From positions 1 through 40,236 of the IMG/VR virus record IMGVR_UViG_3300037196_000123: 40,236 bases of DNA. The stretch is one strand, 5' to 3'. The notes below the pieces were generated by a model. The model was not told the origin of the DNA. It made no database searches and saw only the letters and a list, made by a program, of their open reading frames with translations. Each line of letters begins with the position of its first letter. Positions within the stretch are counted from its first letter, which is position 1. The position numbers were made by a program, and so were the translations under genes. This DNA comes from a virus. Positions 1 to 6,585 of the stretch are shown here, in pieces.

Positions 1-127
1 TACACCTGAGCGTAGGAGGCCTGGTCGAGACGGTCAACCATCATCGGGAGTTTGGACTCTAGAACTCCGTAGATGTTGGATACCTCAACAATCTTGGGAT
101 CTCCCTTGTCGTTCACACCAAAGCGAG
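1..127. repeat. terminal overlap, identical to 40110-40236 (circular contig closure or terminal redundancy)
   Basis: Direct comparison of the first and last 127 nt of the window gives the identical string tacacctgagcgtaggagg...cgttcacaccaaagcgag. Confidence 0.95.
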
Positions 128-755
128 CCTTGTCCGCCACAGACCGAGTCCACATGACTCCACGAGGATCTGTCCAAGCGAGACCGACTGTGGATCTCTG
201 AAGTTCGTTTTGATCGTTTGTTTCTCCCCAGATGTATTTGTACTTGTTTGCTTCATCCGAAGTCTGGACATCCATCGGATCCTTGGACTTCCCGGGTGAG
301 AATGCCAGCTTGATCGCTCCACGGCAGAGAGCGGAGGTTATGATATCTCCCTGTGAACTGTATATGTTGGTAGGGTAGAGATTGGCATCATCACTGGCGA
401 TCTTTGAGTTCTGTCCACTTCCAACCTGAGTGCCATAGACTTGCCAGCCACCACCTTGTCCCTCTTCCAGATACTGATGGCCCCTGTCATAGCTTCGTCC
501 TTCCCACACACTGAGAACTGAGAAGCGACGAGCAGGCTCTTCCTGTTGTGAACACGTAGATATAAGGGATTTCAGAGTCTCCACCAAGGTGGGATCGATG
601 GCTTTTAGATCATCCGGACGCCAGACTTTCGATGGTGTTATAATCGCAGGAGCCAGTTCACCCGGCTTGTATTCCTGAGCGACTTCCAGATCCCTCTGTT
701 CCTCGGGATTCATATCCTTGGGAGCATCGGAATCGTCTCTACGAGCTTGGGCCAT
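1..755 (-). CDS. portal protein, N-terminal part (ORF leaves the window start and continues at 40109 across the circular junction)
   Basis: The minus strand has no stop from 755 to 1. ATG at 755-753 is preceded by CAGGAG with a 6-nt spacer. My translation is MAQARRDDSDAPKDMNPEEQRDLEV...ARFGVNDKGDPKIVEV. It is in frame with ORF 38351..40225 through the overlap (755-116=639). The joined length is 837 aa. It lies between terL and the scaffold/capsid genes. Confidence 0.7.
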   Translation of the reverse strand, partial: MAQARRDDSDAPKDMNPEEQRDLEVAQEYKPGELAPAIITPSKVWRPDDLKAIDPTLVETLKSLISTCSQQEEPARRFSVLSVWEGRSYDRGHQYLEEGQGGGWQVYGTQVGSGQNSKIASDDANLYPTNIYSSQGDIITSALCRGAIKLAFSPGKSKDPMDVQTSDEANKYKYIWGETNDQNELQRSTVGLAWTDPRGVMWTRSVADKARFGVNDKGDPKIVEVSNIYGVLESKLPMMVDRLDQASYAQV

Positions 756-767
756 GATGTACTCCTG

Positions 768-1076
768 TTATTGTACTGGACCGACCACAGAAAACCTGTT
801 CACAAAGTTGTTCACGTTCTCAACCAATTTCTGGACATGAGGTCCCACTTTGTTGAAGTTCTCAAACAAGGTTGCATTGTCGGTCACAAGGCAAGCCACC
901 TGGTTCCTCAACAACGTAGTGTGTCCAATCAGGAGAGCGACATCATGCAGAATCCGCTCCTGATTCTCTTCCAGACGGTTGAGTCGATCCTGGATAGGAT
1001 CAAATGGAACTCGCGGCGTTCCGTCAAGCTCGTACGAAATGTGTTCGACAACAGGTTCTGTTTGGATGGTCTCCAT
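768..1076 (-). CDS. hypothetical protein (helical, coiled-coil-like)
   Basis: 102-aa ORF co-oriented with and closely packed against its neighbours. The overlapping plus-strand ORF 747..1100 looks like an antisense artefact. Confidence 0.55.
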   Translation of the reverse strand: METIQTEPVVEHISYELDGTPRVPFDPIQDRLNRLEENQERILHDVALLIGHTTLLRNQVACLVTDNATLFENFNKVGPHVQKLVENVNNFVNRFSVVGPVQ

Positions 1077-1093
1077 CTGAATTGCTCCTTGAT

Positions 1094-1402
1094 CTACTGA
1101 CCGGGAAGTCCCATGGTCGCGGCCTTTACAGCATCCTGGCCCGAGCCTTCTCCGCCTTCTGGCTCGCCTTCGGACATTGCACGCTCGACATCTTCCCCTG
1201 TAAATCCCATTTGCTTGAGCTGCTCGACAAGCGACATCGCCTTGGGATTGTCTTCGATTGAACCCTGTTCAGGCTCGTCAGTGCCACCGTCCCCCCTTGG
1301 AAGCAGATCACTGATTGACTTGCTGGGCTTGGGAGCTTCGGGCTTGTCAGGACGCAGCGGGTTCTTGTATCGGGTGTTGAACATGAACTTTCTCCTTGTC
1401 AT
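1094..1402 (-). CDS. hypothetical protein with a UBA-like helical motif
   Basis: 102-aa ORF. The segment MSLVEQLKQMGFTGEDVERAM resembles the UBA / TS-N type (L..MGF....A..A) three-helix motif. The rest is acidic and low complexity. Confidence 0.5.
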   Translation of the reverse strand: MTRRKFMFNTRYKNPLRPDKPEAPKPSKSISDLLPRGDGGTDEPEQGSIEDNPKAMSLVEQLKQMGFTGEDVERAMSEGEPEGGEGSGQDAVKAATMGLPGQ

Positions 1403-1439
1403 CTATTGGTGGGATTCCAAATATTGGTCTCGAACTCCT

Positions 1440-1712
1440 CTAGGCATCGACTGTTTTCTCCTCATCTTTCAGCTTACGAGAAGCTATCCTCGCCGCATCC
1501 CAACCTATCGGTTTCACGGGTACAGCGGGACGAGGTGCAGCTGGTGTTTTGGGAATAGGCTTGCTGATCACCATGAGATAGTCTTGCATCACGTCCAAGC
1601 GACGTTGCTGCTGAGCCACCTGTGCCCTCAACAGAGTGCACTCTTCTTCTAGGTGACGTCTGTAGGGAAACAGGAATCCCGATATCGCTTTGAGAAATTC
1701 GGCAAAACTCAT
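1440..1712 (-). CDS. hypothetical protein
   Basis: 90-aa ORF immediately downstream of terL on the same strand. Confidence 0.5.
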   Translation of the reverse strand: MSFAEFLKAISGFLFPYRRHLEEECTLLRAQVAQQQRRLDVMQDYLMVISKPIPKTPAAPRPAVPVKPIGWDAARIASRKLKDEEKTVDA

Positions 1713-1741
1713 GTGAACTCCCCTTTCATAATACGCTGATT

Positions 1742-4282
1742 CTACTTTGTGTTACCTCTCCAAGACGGAGGCATCACTTGACGCTTGGCCTTGTGGTTCT
1801 CCTTCTTCTTGGCAGCCACATATGTGAGGATCATTTTCTCCTGTGGGGAAGCAGCATCTATCTTCTCCTTGAGCTTCTCGTCCTCACTCTTCCGACGAGG
1901 ATTGAGCATTGACTTCAGCCCATACCGGCAATTGTGGACGAGCACTCCATTCACGAAGAATTCGTGTTCATCCTCAATTTCCAGGTCGTACACGTCCGCG
2001 AACCCCGCCTCCTGCAATTCGACTAACTGCACTGCATTGTCTACTACAGTGCTTGGTATCATCGAACTTGTCACTCCGAAACAACTTCCCACATACGATG
2101 CAAGATTTCTCAACATCGTCCAACCGTTGCTGCCTTCTCCACTTGGACTTGCAGTTGTTGGAGCAAAAGAGTTGAATACCTGTAGCGGCAAATTCTTTCT
2201 GACACTGCTTGCATGATTTGGTACTTCTAACTGGAACTCCAAAGGACTGGTTTCGAGCATGTTCGGAATGCCAGTTCCTGCCATCTGGAGAACCATGCCA
2301 CTTTCTAGCACCTTCCAACATTGCTTCAATCCATGCAGGCAAACCTCTGAGATGAGCTTCCTTGTCTGCTTGCCAATGATCTTTACAGGATAAACAATCG
2401 AGTTCATCAGGATCAACAGTCCACTTTGGTGAGTGGTCTTTGTGGTGAACATGAAATTTGGGAGGAATTGGTCCTCTATAGAATTCCCAGACATCACGGT
2501 GCAATGCGTGCCACTGAGGTCCTGTATAGTAACCACCGGGATAGTCGAGTTTGTATTTCTTTCCGTTGAAGATGACAAATTCTGGTTCCATGTAATTAGG
2601 TTCTCCCCATATCTAATACTATCCAGGGAGAAGAACCCGAAGTTAGTTGCAAATCTGTGATTCTGAGTACATGTTATCCTTCTACCATCACTGAGCACCG
2701 CTGTTACAACCTTCGCTCCTTCTCTGGTCTTCCAGGCATGAAGAACTCTACGCCATCCCTTACGAGTCATCACTCTCATTGACGATGCTACTTGTTCGAT
2801 AGGAACCTGACCATGATCAGTCATCACGGTAGTTCCTGCCACGAAGCAAGCATCATAACAATCGTCTTCCATCTGTGTGATGCCAAGATCCGACTTGAAG
2901 ACGTCGTCTAGATCCTTTGGGTTCCTCATGAGGACCGGAATGGTCTTCAGCAGTTCACTACACTCGGAAGAAATGAGCCAGACATCCTCAACTTGATCCT
3001 GCTCTTCGGCATCCAATCCGTGAAACTTCGTACCCTTGAGCAACTTGTCCATCAGGGCTGCTCCACCCTTGCGGTCGTTATCAGCCTTAGATGGATGAGG
3101 CATCCCCATCGGACGAGTTTCCTTGCCAATCTGTTGACCAATACAGTTCGGATCGTCTGTGCAGCATTCCGGAGACAGGAAGAAGTTCTTGTGCTTGGGC
3201 CTCTCAACAACAGGAGTGGACTCTACGATGAGTCGACCGATCTCTGAGCTCGTCTTCTCTGAGATGATCAGCTCTCTGTAGGTGACAACCACATTGATTG
3301 GTTTCTCTAATGTCCAGCCCAGATACTCGTGAACCTCTGACGGATTGAGAGTCGCACGATAGTTCCAGTACACCGCAGAGTAGTGAGTCTTGCCCCAGTC
3401 CATCGCCAGCCAGTGAGTTGCCCACGGCTTCCGCATCGCTTCGACTTTGTAGGACGGAAGTTGGACTGCTTCAAGATCCCAGGAATTGGCGAAGTACATT
3501 CCTTCAAGAGAATCCCAGTCTCCTTCCCAGTCTGCCTTGGCAATGACAGGATCCTTGCTCGCCAACTGCTTGGTGTACGGACCTCGCTCTGCTGAATACT
3601 TCTTCCGCTGATCATCCGTCCAACTGTAGTAATCCTGGACAGTGTATTTGTCTTCTTCCAGAGCATTCTGAACCCATATGTAGTTGTCCCAGGGATTCCA
3701 TCTCGTGAATGTGTAGTCAAGAGGATTCGGGACATCATGAAGATAGAACATCTTGCGATGGTCTTGAATAGATGAACCACGCATATTGAAAGACAGAATC
3801 AGCTTGGCCTGTTGCTTCTTCTTTCCCCAAGGAACACGAGCAGCATTCCTGATTTCTTCAATCTCTTTGAGAGTGAACTGCTCGGACTGATCTATCGCGA
3901 TGATGCTGTAGTTACCAGATCTGAAGTTTTCTTCTACGGATTTGTAGTCAGAGGCATATTTGAATTCGAGTCGGGATCCGTTTGGAAGTTTGAGAGTGGC
4001 AGGAGGGGAAGTTTTTAGATACTCATACGCAAGTTTTGGGAAATCCCGGGATATTGCCTCTAAATGAAAAGCAACAACTTGCTGAACCCAAGTCCGCATA
4101 ACCAAACAGCAGACCATTCCTGGGTTCTCATACATCAAAGCTATGAGTACCCGATCTACTCCCGATGACTTGGCAGATCCTCTCCCTCCCCCGATGCCGA
4201 CAACTGGGCACTTGCCATGTAGGAGTTCCTCGTACAGAGCTACCTGATTCGGAAGAAGGGAGATTTCCTGCTGTTTGGCCAT
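1742..4282 (-). CDS. terL: terminase large subunit precursor, interrupted by a 306-aa intein (spliced extein about 540 aa)
   Basis: Walker A-like VGIGGGRGSAKSS and Walker B-like YSIIAIDQSE are present. The C-terminal nuclease motif MEDDCYDA / CRYGL (DDxxDAxRY type) is split by the intein. TAATG overlap with the upstream gene. Confidence 0.85.
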   Translation of the reverse strand: MAKQQEISLLPNQVALYEELLHGKCPVVGIGGGRGSAKSSGVDRVLIALMYENPGMVCCLVMRTWVQQVVAFHLEAISRDFPKLAYEYLKTSPPATLKLPNGSRLEFKYASDYKSVEENFRSGNYSIIAIDQSEQFTLKEIEEIRNAARVPWGKKKQQAKLILSFNMRGSSIQDHRKMFYLHDVPNPLDYTFTRWNPWDNYIWVQNALEEDKYTVQDYYSWTDDQRKKYSAERGPYTKQLASKDPVIAKADWEGDWDSLEGMYFANSWDLEAVQLPSYKVEAMRKPWATHWLAMDWGKTHYSAVYWNYRATLNPSEVHEYLGWTLEKPINVVVTYRELIISEKTSSEIGRLIVESTPVVERPKHKNFFLSPECCTDDPNCIGQQIGKETRPMGMPHPSKADNDRKGGAALMDKLLKGTKFHGLDAEEQDQVEDVWLISSECSELLKTIPVLMRNPKDLDDVFKSDLGITQMEDDCYDACFVAGTTVMTDHGQVPIEQVASSMRVMTRKGWRRVLHAWKTREGAKVVTAVLSDGRRITCTQNHRFATNFGFFSLDSIRYGENLITWNQNLSSSTERNTNSTIPVVTIQDLSGTHCTVMSGNSIEDQFLPNFMFTTKTTHQSGLLILMNSIVYPVKIIGKQTRKLISEVCLHGLKQCWKVLESGMVLQMAGTGIPNMLETSPLEFQLEVPNHASSVRKNLPLQVFNSFAPTTASPSGEGSNGWTMLRNLASYVGSCFGVTSSMIPSTVVDNAVQLVELQEAGFADVYDLEIEDEHEFFVNGVLVHNCRYGLKSMLNPRRKSEDEKLKEKIDAASPQEKMILTYVAAKKKENHKAKRQVMPPSWRGNTK
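1931..2848 (-). mobile_element. intein in terL (residues 479-784 of the 846-aa ORF)
   Basis: Block A is CFVAGTTVMTDHG. Block B is DGRRITCTQNHRF (TxxH). Blocks F/G are VYDLEIEDEHEFFVNGVLVHN, followed by the +1 Cys (CRYGL). I checked codons TGC at 2848-2846, CAC AAT at 1936-1931 and TGC at 1930-1928 on the DNA. Confidence 0.85.
1974..2591 (-). CDS. HNH homing endonuclease, free-standing ORF nested inside the intein in a different frame
   Basis: 205-aa ORF offset by 1 nt from the terL frame. HNH_3-like core LHRDVWEFYRGPIPPKFHVHHKDHSPKWTVDPDELDCLSCKDH. Two CxxC...C..C zinc-ribbon-like units (CKQCQKEF..FCSNNCKSKW and CIVCGKLF..HCSRQCS). In-frame TAG 8 codons upstream of its ATG. GGGGAG lies 11 nt upstream. 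Confidence 0.75.
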   Translation of the reverse strand: MEPEFVIFNGKKYKLDYPGGYYTGPQWHALHRDVWEFYRGPIPPKFHVHHKDHSPKWTVDPDELDCLSCKDHWQADKEAHLRGLPAWIEAMLEGARKWHGSPDGRNWHSEHARNQSFGVPVRSTKSCKQCQKEFAATGIQLFCSNNCKSKWRRQQRLDDVEKSCIVCGKLFRSDKFDDTKHCSRQCSAVSRIAGGGVRGRVRPGN

Positions 4283-4494
4283 TACTCGGGATTGCAGGCC
4301 ACTGCCAGGTTCATGGCCATGACTGTCTCACGAAGATGGCGCATGGCTGCGGTCTTGTCTGCGCAGTCTGGAATAGCCGAATCAAAGAGCTCAGCGAACT
4401 CCTTGGCCGTTTTACGAAGGTCGTAGTAGATCATCAACTTTGTCGGAGTTGGAGCATGGTACGAGAACCAGTTGTCGATATCTTCCTGTTTCAT
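4282..4494 (-). CDS. small conserved phage protein with N-terminal WFxYHxP motif (possible helical-hairpin family)
   Basis: I place the start at the ATG at 4494, which gives an ATGA overlap with the upstream stop and has GGAG upstream. Sequence: MKQEDIDNWFSYHAPTPTKLMIYYDLRKTAKEFAELFDSAIPDCADKTAAMRHLRETVMAMNLAVACNPE. Confidence 0.65.
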   Translation of the reverse strand: MKQEDIDNWFSYHAPTPTKLMIYYDLRKTAKEFAELFDSAIPDCADKTAAMRHLRETVMAMNLAVACNPE

Positions 4495-4817
4495 TGAGTC
4501 TCCTTTTGCGAGCACCCGCGACACGTCTTTCCGTCCGCCGTGTAGATCATCACTTTCTGGCCCGGTTTAGGAATGCTCTTGCATCGCTTCATAGCCATCG
4601 CGTTAGCACCCATCCAATCTTGATGCGGCCAAGGTACAACTCCCAGCAGCCGAACGGACCGCGATAAATCTTCCAGCATGCCCGGCGGCGAGGCATCCAC
4701 AAAAACAGGAAAGTCTTGCCGAGTTTCATGCGGTCTCCTTTGTGCAAATCCTTGCACCCATCGTTTTGTGATCCCCTGTAACGGCCAACATGAAAACATC
4801 CCATTCTGGGATTTCAT
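4491..4817 (-). CDS. hypothetical protein (ATGA-coupled to terS)
   Basis: 108-aa ORF whose ATG overlaps the terS stop (ATGA at 4817-4814). Other frames are also open here, so the true coding frame or frames are uncertain. Confidence 0.4.
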   Translation of the reverse strand: MKSQNGMFSCWPLQGITKRWVQGFAQRRPHETRQDFPVFVDASPPGMLEDLSRSVRLLGVVPWPHQDWMGANAMAMKRCKSIPKPGQKVMIYTADGKTCRGCSQKETQ

Positions 4818-5281
4818 TTTCCTTGAACAACGATGTGTTTGACGACCAGTTCAATCGGACCGTCACCTTCTGCGTTAGAGAGTTGCGTCTTGTTGCCATA
4901 ACGGCGAGGCATCCACGACTGTGCCAGCCACTGGACTGTCCGGGACTTGGATTCCAGATGCTTCCAGTTCTTCTCATCGTAGATTTGGAGATCGTCAGCA
5001 CACTGATCTACCAGTGTCTGAACATGGATTGCTCTGGACTTCGCGAGAGCTAGGTCGAATGCAGGGTCTTCTAAGGAAGCTCGGTCAATCGTAGTCCTTG
5101 AGGGCAGTTCAGGATGAGCAGCACAAATCTCTCTTAAAGTGGCTGATTGCAGCAGTTCCGCAATCCTCTTCTTTGTCTCCGGAGTACACTTCGGCTTGGG
5201 ACCTCGTTTTGGCACAATTACCCCGCAATTACCCCCTGAGGCGTCTAAAACAGGCGGAGATAACACGAGATTCGTCGTCAT
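4814..5281 (-). CDS. terS: putative terminase small subunit
   Basis: 155-aa ORF upstream of terL. HTH-like segment TPETKKRIAELLQSATLREICAAHPELPSRTTI, followed by a helical oligomerisation-like region. Call rests on position and architecture only. Confidence 0.5.
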   Translation of the reverse strand: MTTNLVLSPPVLDASGGNCGVIVPKRGPKPKCTPETKKRIAELLQSATLREICAAHPELPSRTTIDRASLEDPAFDLALAKSRAIHVQTLVDQCADDLQIYDEKNWKHLESKSRTVQWLAQSWMPRRYGNKTQLSNAEGDGPIELVVKHIVVQGK

Positions 5282-5290
5282 GAGGTCATT

Positions 5291-5635
5291 TTACCCCGGA
5301 ATTACCCGATAATTGTTTTTCCATCTTCCTCTTTCTCTACGAATCTCTGCTCCATGAACTGGACAGTCCTCCTCGTTCCCGAACGGCCCGTTGCATACCA
5401 GACCACCCACGGACCCCTCAGACTCGACCTCAGTTCGCTCCACGTCCACCTCACGCTTATACGGAACCATGATTTCTCCTGCCTTGAATGCTCCGTAAGT
5501 TGCGCTCATCATCTGCATCCACCTGACACCCTGCTCGAAAGCTACCCTCAGGGCGATGGTTCCTGAGAACTGGTCATAGGGATACAGACGCTTCTCTTCT
5601 GCCGTTAGTGCTTGCAGAAATGTTATGTCTTCCAT
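5291..5635 (-). CDS. hypothetical protein
   Basis: 114-aa ORF, co-oriented and tightly packed. Confidence 0.5.
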   Translation of the reverse strand: MEDITFLQALTAEEKRLYPYDQFSGTIALRVAFEQGVRWMQMMSATYGAFKAGEIMVPYKREVDVERTEVESEGSVGGLVCNGPFGNEEDCPVHGAEIRRERGRWKNNYRVIPG

Positions 5636-5644
5636 TGTTTCTCC

Positions 5645-5836
5645 TCAGAATGACAGCGTGTGACCTACATGACCCTCGGGGATCGCAAACAGGCCGTTCT
5701 TTGTTTGCCATCTCATACCACAGCTGCAGTCTACGTTGTACTCATCTTCGAGTTGAGGATCTATCATTTCCGGTCCTCCTGGGATAGTGAATGGTTCGCC
5801 AAGTTCCTCTTCCAGCACTTTCCTAAGATCGTTCAT
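5645..5836 (-). CDS. hypothetical protein
   Basis: 63-aa ORF with an ATGA overlap onto the primase stop (5836-5833). Confidence 0.5.
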   Translation of the reverse strand: MNDLRKVLEEELGEPFTIPGGPEMIDPQLEDEYNVDCSCGMRWQTKNGLFAIPEGHVGHTLSF

Positions 5837-6585
5837 ATTTGCTCCTCCAAACTTTCCAACATCTCTTTCATGATGCGTGCTGCTGTCGGACTACACAACA
5901 CATCAGAAGGATCATGAGCCGGACAGTACTGCCTATTCACATTGATGAGTCCCTCACACTTCCTTCTCACTTCGAAATAACCCTTTTCTCCTACACCATA
6001 AACCCCCCTCTTCGCTGTATCGTTGTCATACATGCAGTGAATCGTATTCACTCCCAGCATCTGAAGATAAGCAAGATGTCCTGCTCCGAAGTTGATGCTC
6101 AAAGTGCTAAGAACCGGAATGTTGGGATTAAGAAGTCGTGTTGCAATCAGGTCAAATGGTCCTTCTACCAAGAGCACCCAACCACACTCTATCACGTGCT
6201 CAATAACCCTTTTTGAGTTTCCGAACCACGTGGGTCCTACAAATTCGGACTTGTCTGTCAAACCCTTCAAGCAGTACCGATCTTCCTTCTTCGGTCCTCT
6301 TACCTGACATTTAACGGCCTTTCCTTTGAGATCGACTAACGGAAAGATGTAGTTAGGTCCCCAAGGTGTACTGTTCGGAGCATAGACGCAATGAAGATCA
6401 CCAAAGACTCGTTTCGCATTCTTCTCAATCAACGACCGGCTTGGTTCCCACCCACGGAACTTGATCATCATCTTCAAAGTGCTCTGCCACCACACCTTGT
6501 CAATGCTGGCGTAGTACGACTTCACCCCATTGAAGATGTCTCTACCATCCGTCCAATCAGCTGTATCTTGCTGTAATAAGCTCAT
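5833..6585 (-). CDS. DnaG-like primase (Toprim domain)
   Basis: Toprim motifs LLVEGPFDLIA (ExxxD... EGxxD type) and MYDNDTAKRG (DxD). I chose the ATG at 6585, which is preceded by AAGGAG. The track ORF extends to 6624. Confidence 0.7.
   Translation of the reverse strand: MSLLQQDTADWTDGRDIFNGVKSYYASIDKVWWQSTLKMMIKFRGWEPSRSLIEKNAKRVFGDLHCVYAPNSTPWGPNYIFPLVDLKGKAVKCQVRGPKKEDRYCLKGLTDKSEFVGPTWFGNSKRVIEHVIECGWVLLVEGPFDLIATRLLNPNIPVLSTLSINFGAGHLAYLQMLGVNTIHCMYDNDTAKRGVYGVGEKGYFEVRRKCEGLINVNRQYCPAHDPSDVLCSPTAARIMKEMLESLEEQI

Noticed and set aside
747-1652. Plus-strand ORFs 747..1100, 1004..1261 and 1113..1652
   Set aside because: They are antisense to three tightly packed minus-strand genes, have Ser/Pro/Leu-rich shadow-frame composition, and show no ribosome-binding sites.
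3307-3780. 157-aa same-strand ORF inside terL, and similar nested ORFs at 8637..9062, 21593..22057 and 34851..35324
   Set aside because: They are alternative frames of well-supported longer genes and have no independent start signals. This contrasts with the HNH ORF, which has recognisable catalytic motifs.
4590-4730. 46-aa ORF MKLGKTFLFLWMPRRRACWKIYRGPFGCWELYLGRIKIGWVLTRWL with a strong AAGGAG SD, nested in another frame of ORF 4491..4817
   Set aside because: It is not reported as a feature because its Trp/Arg/Cys-rich composition looks off-frame. It remains ambiguous, because its ATG and stop both form ATGA overlaps with flanking frames. The region may instead encode two or three short coupled genes rather than one 108-aa protein.
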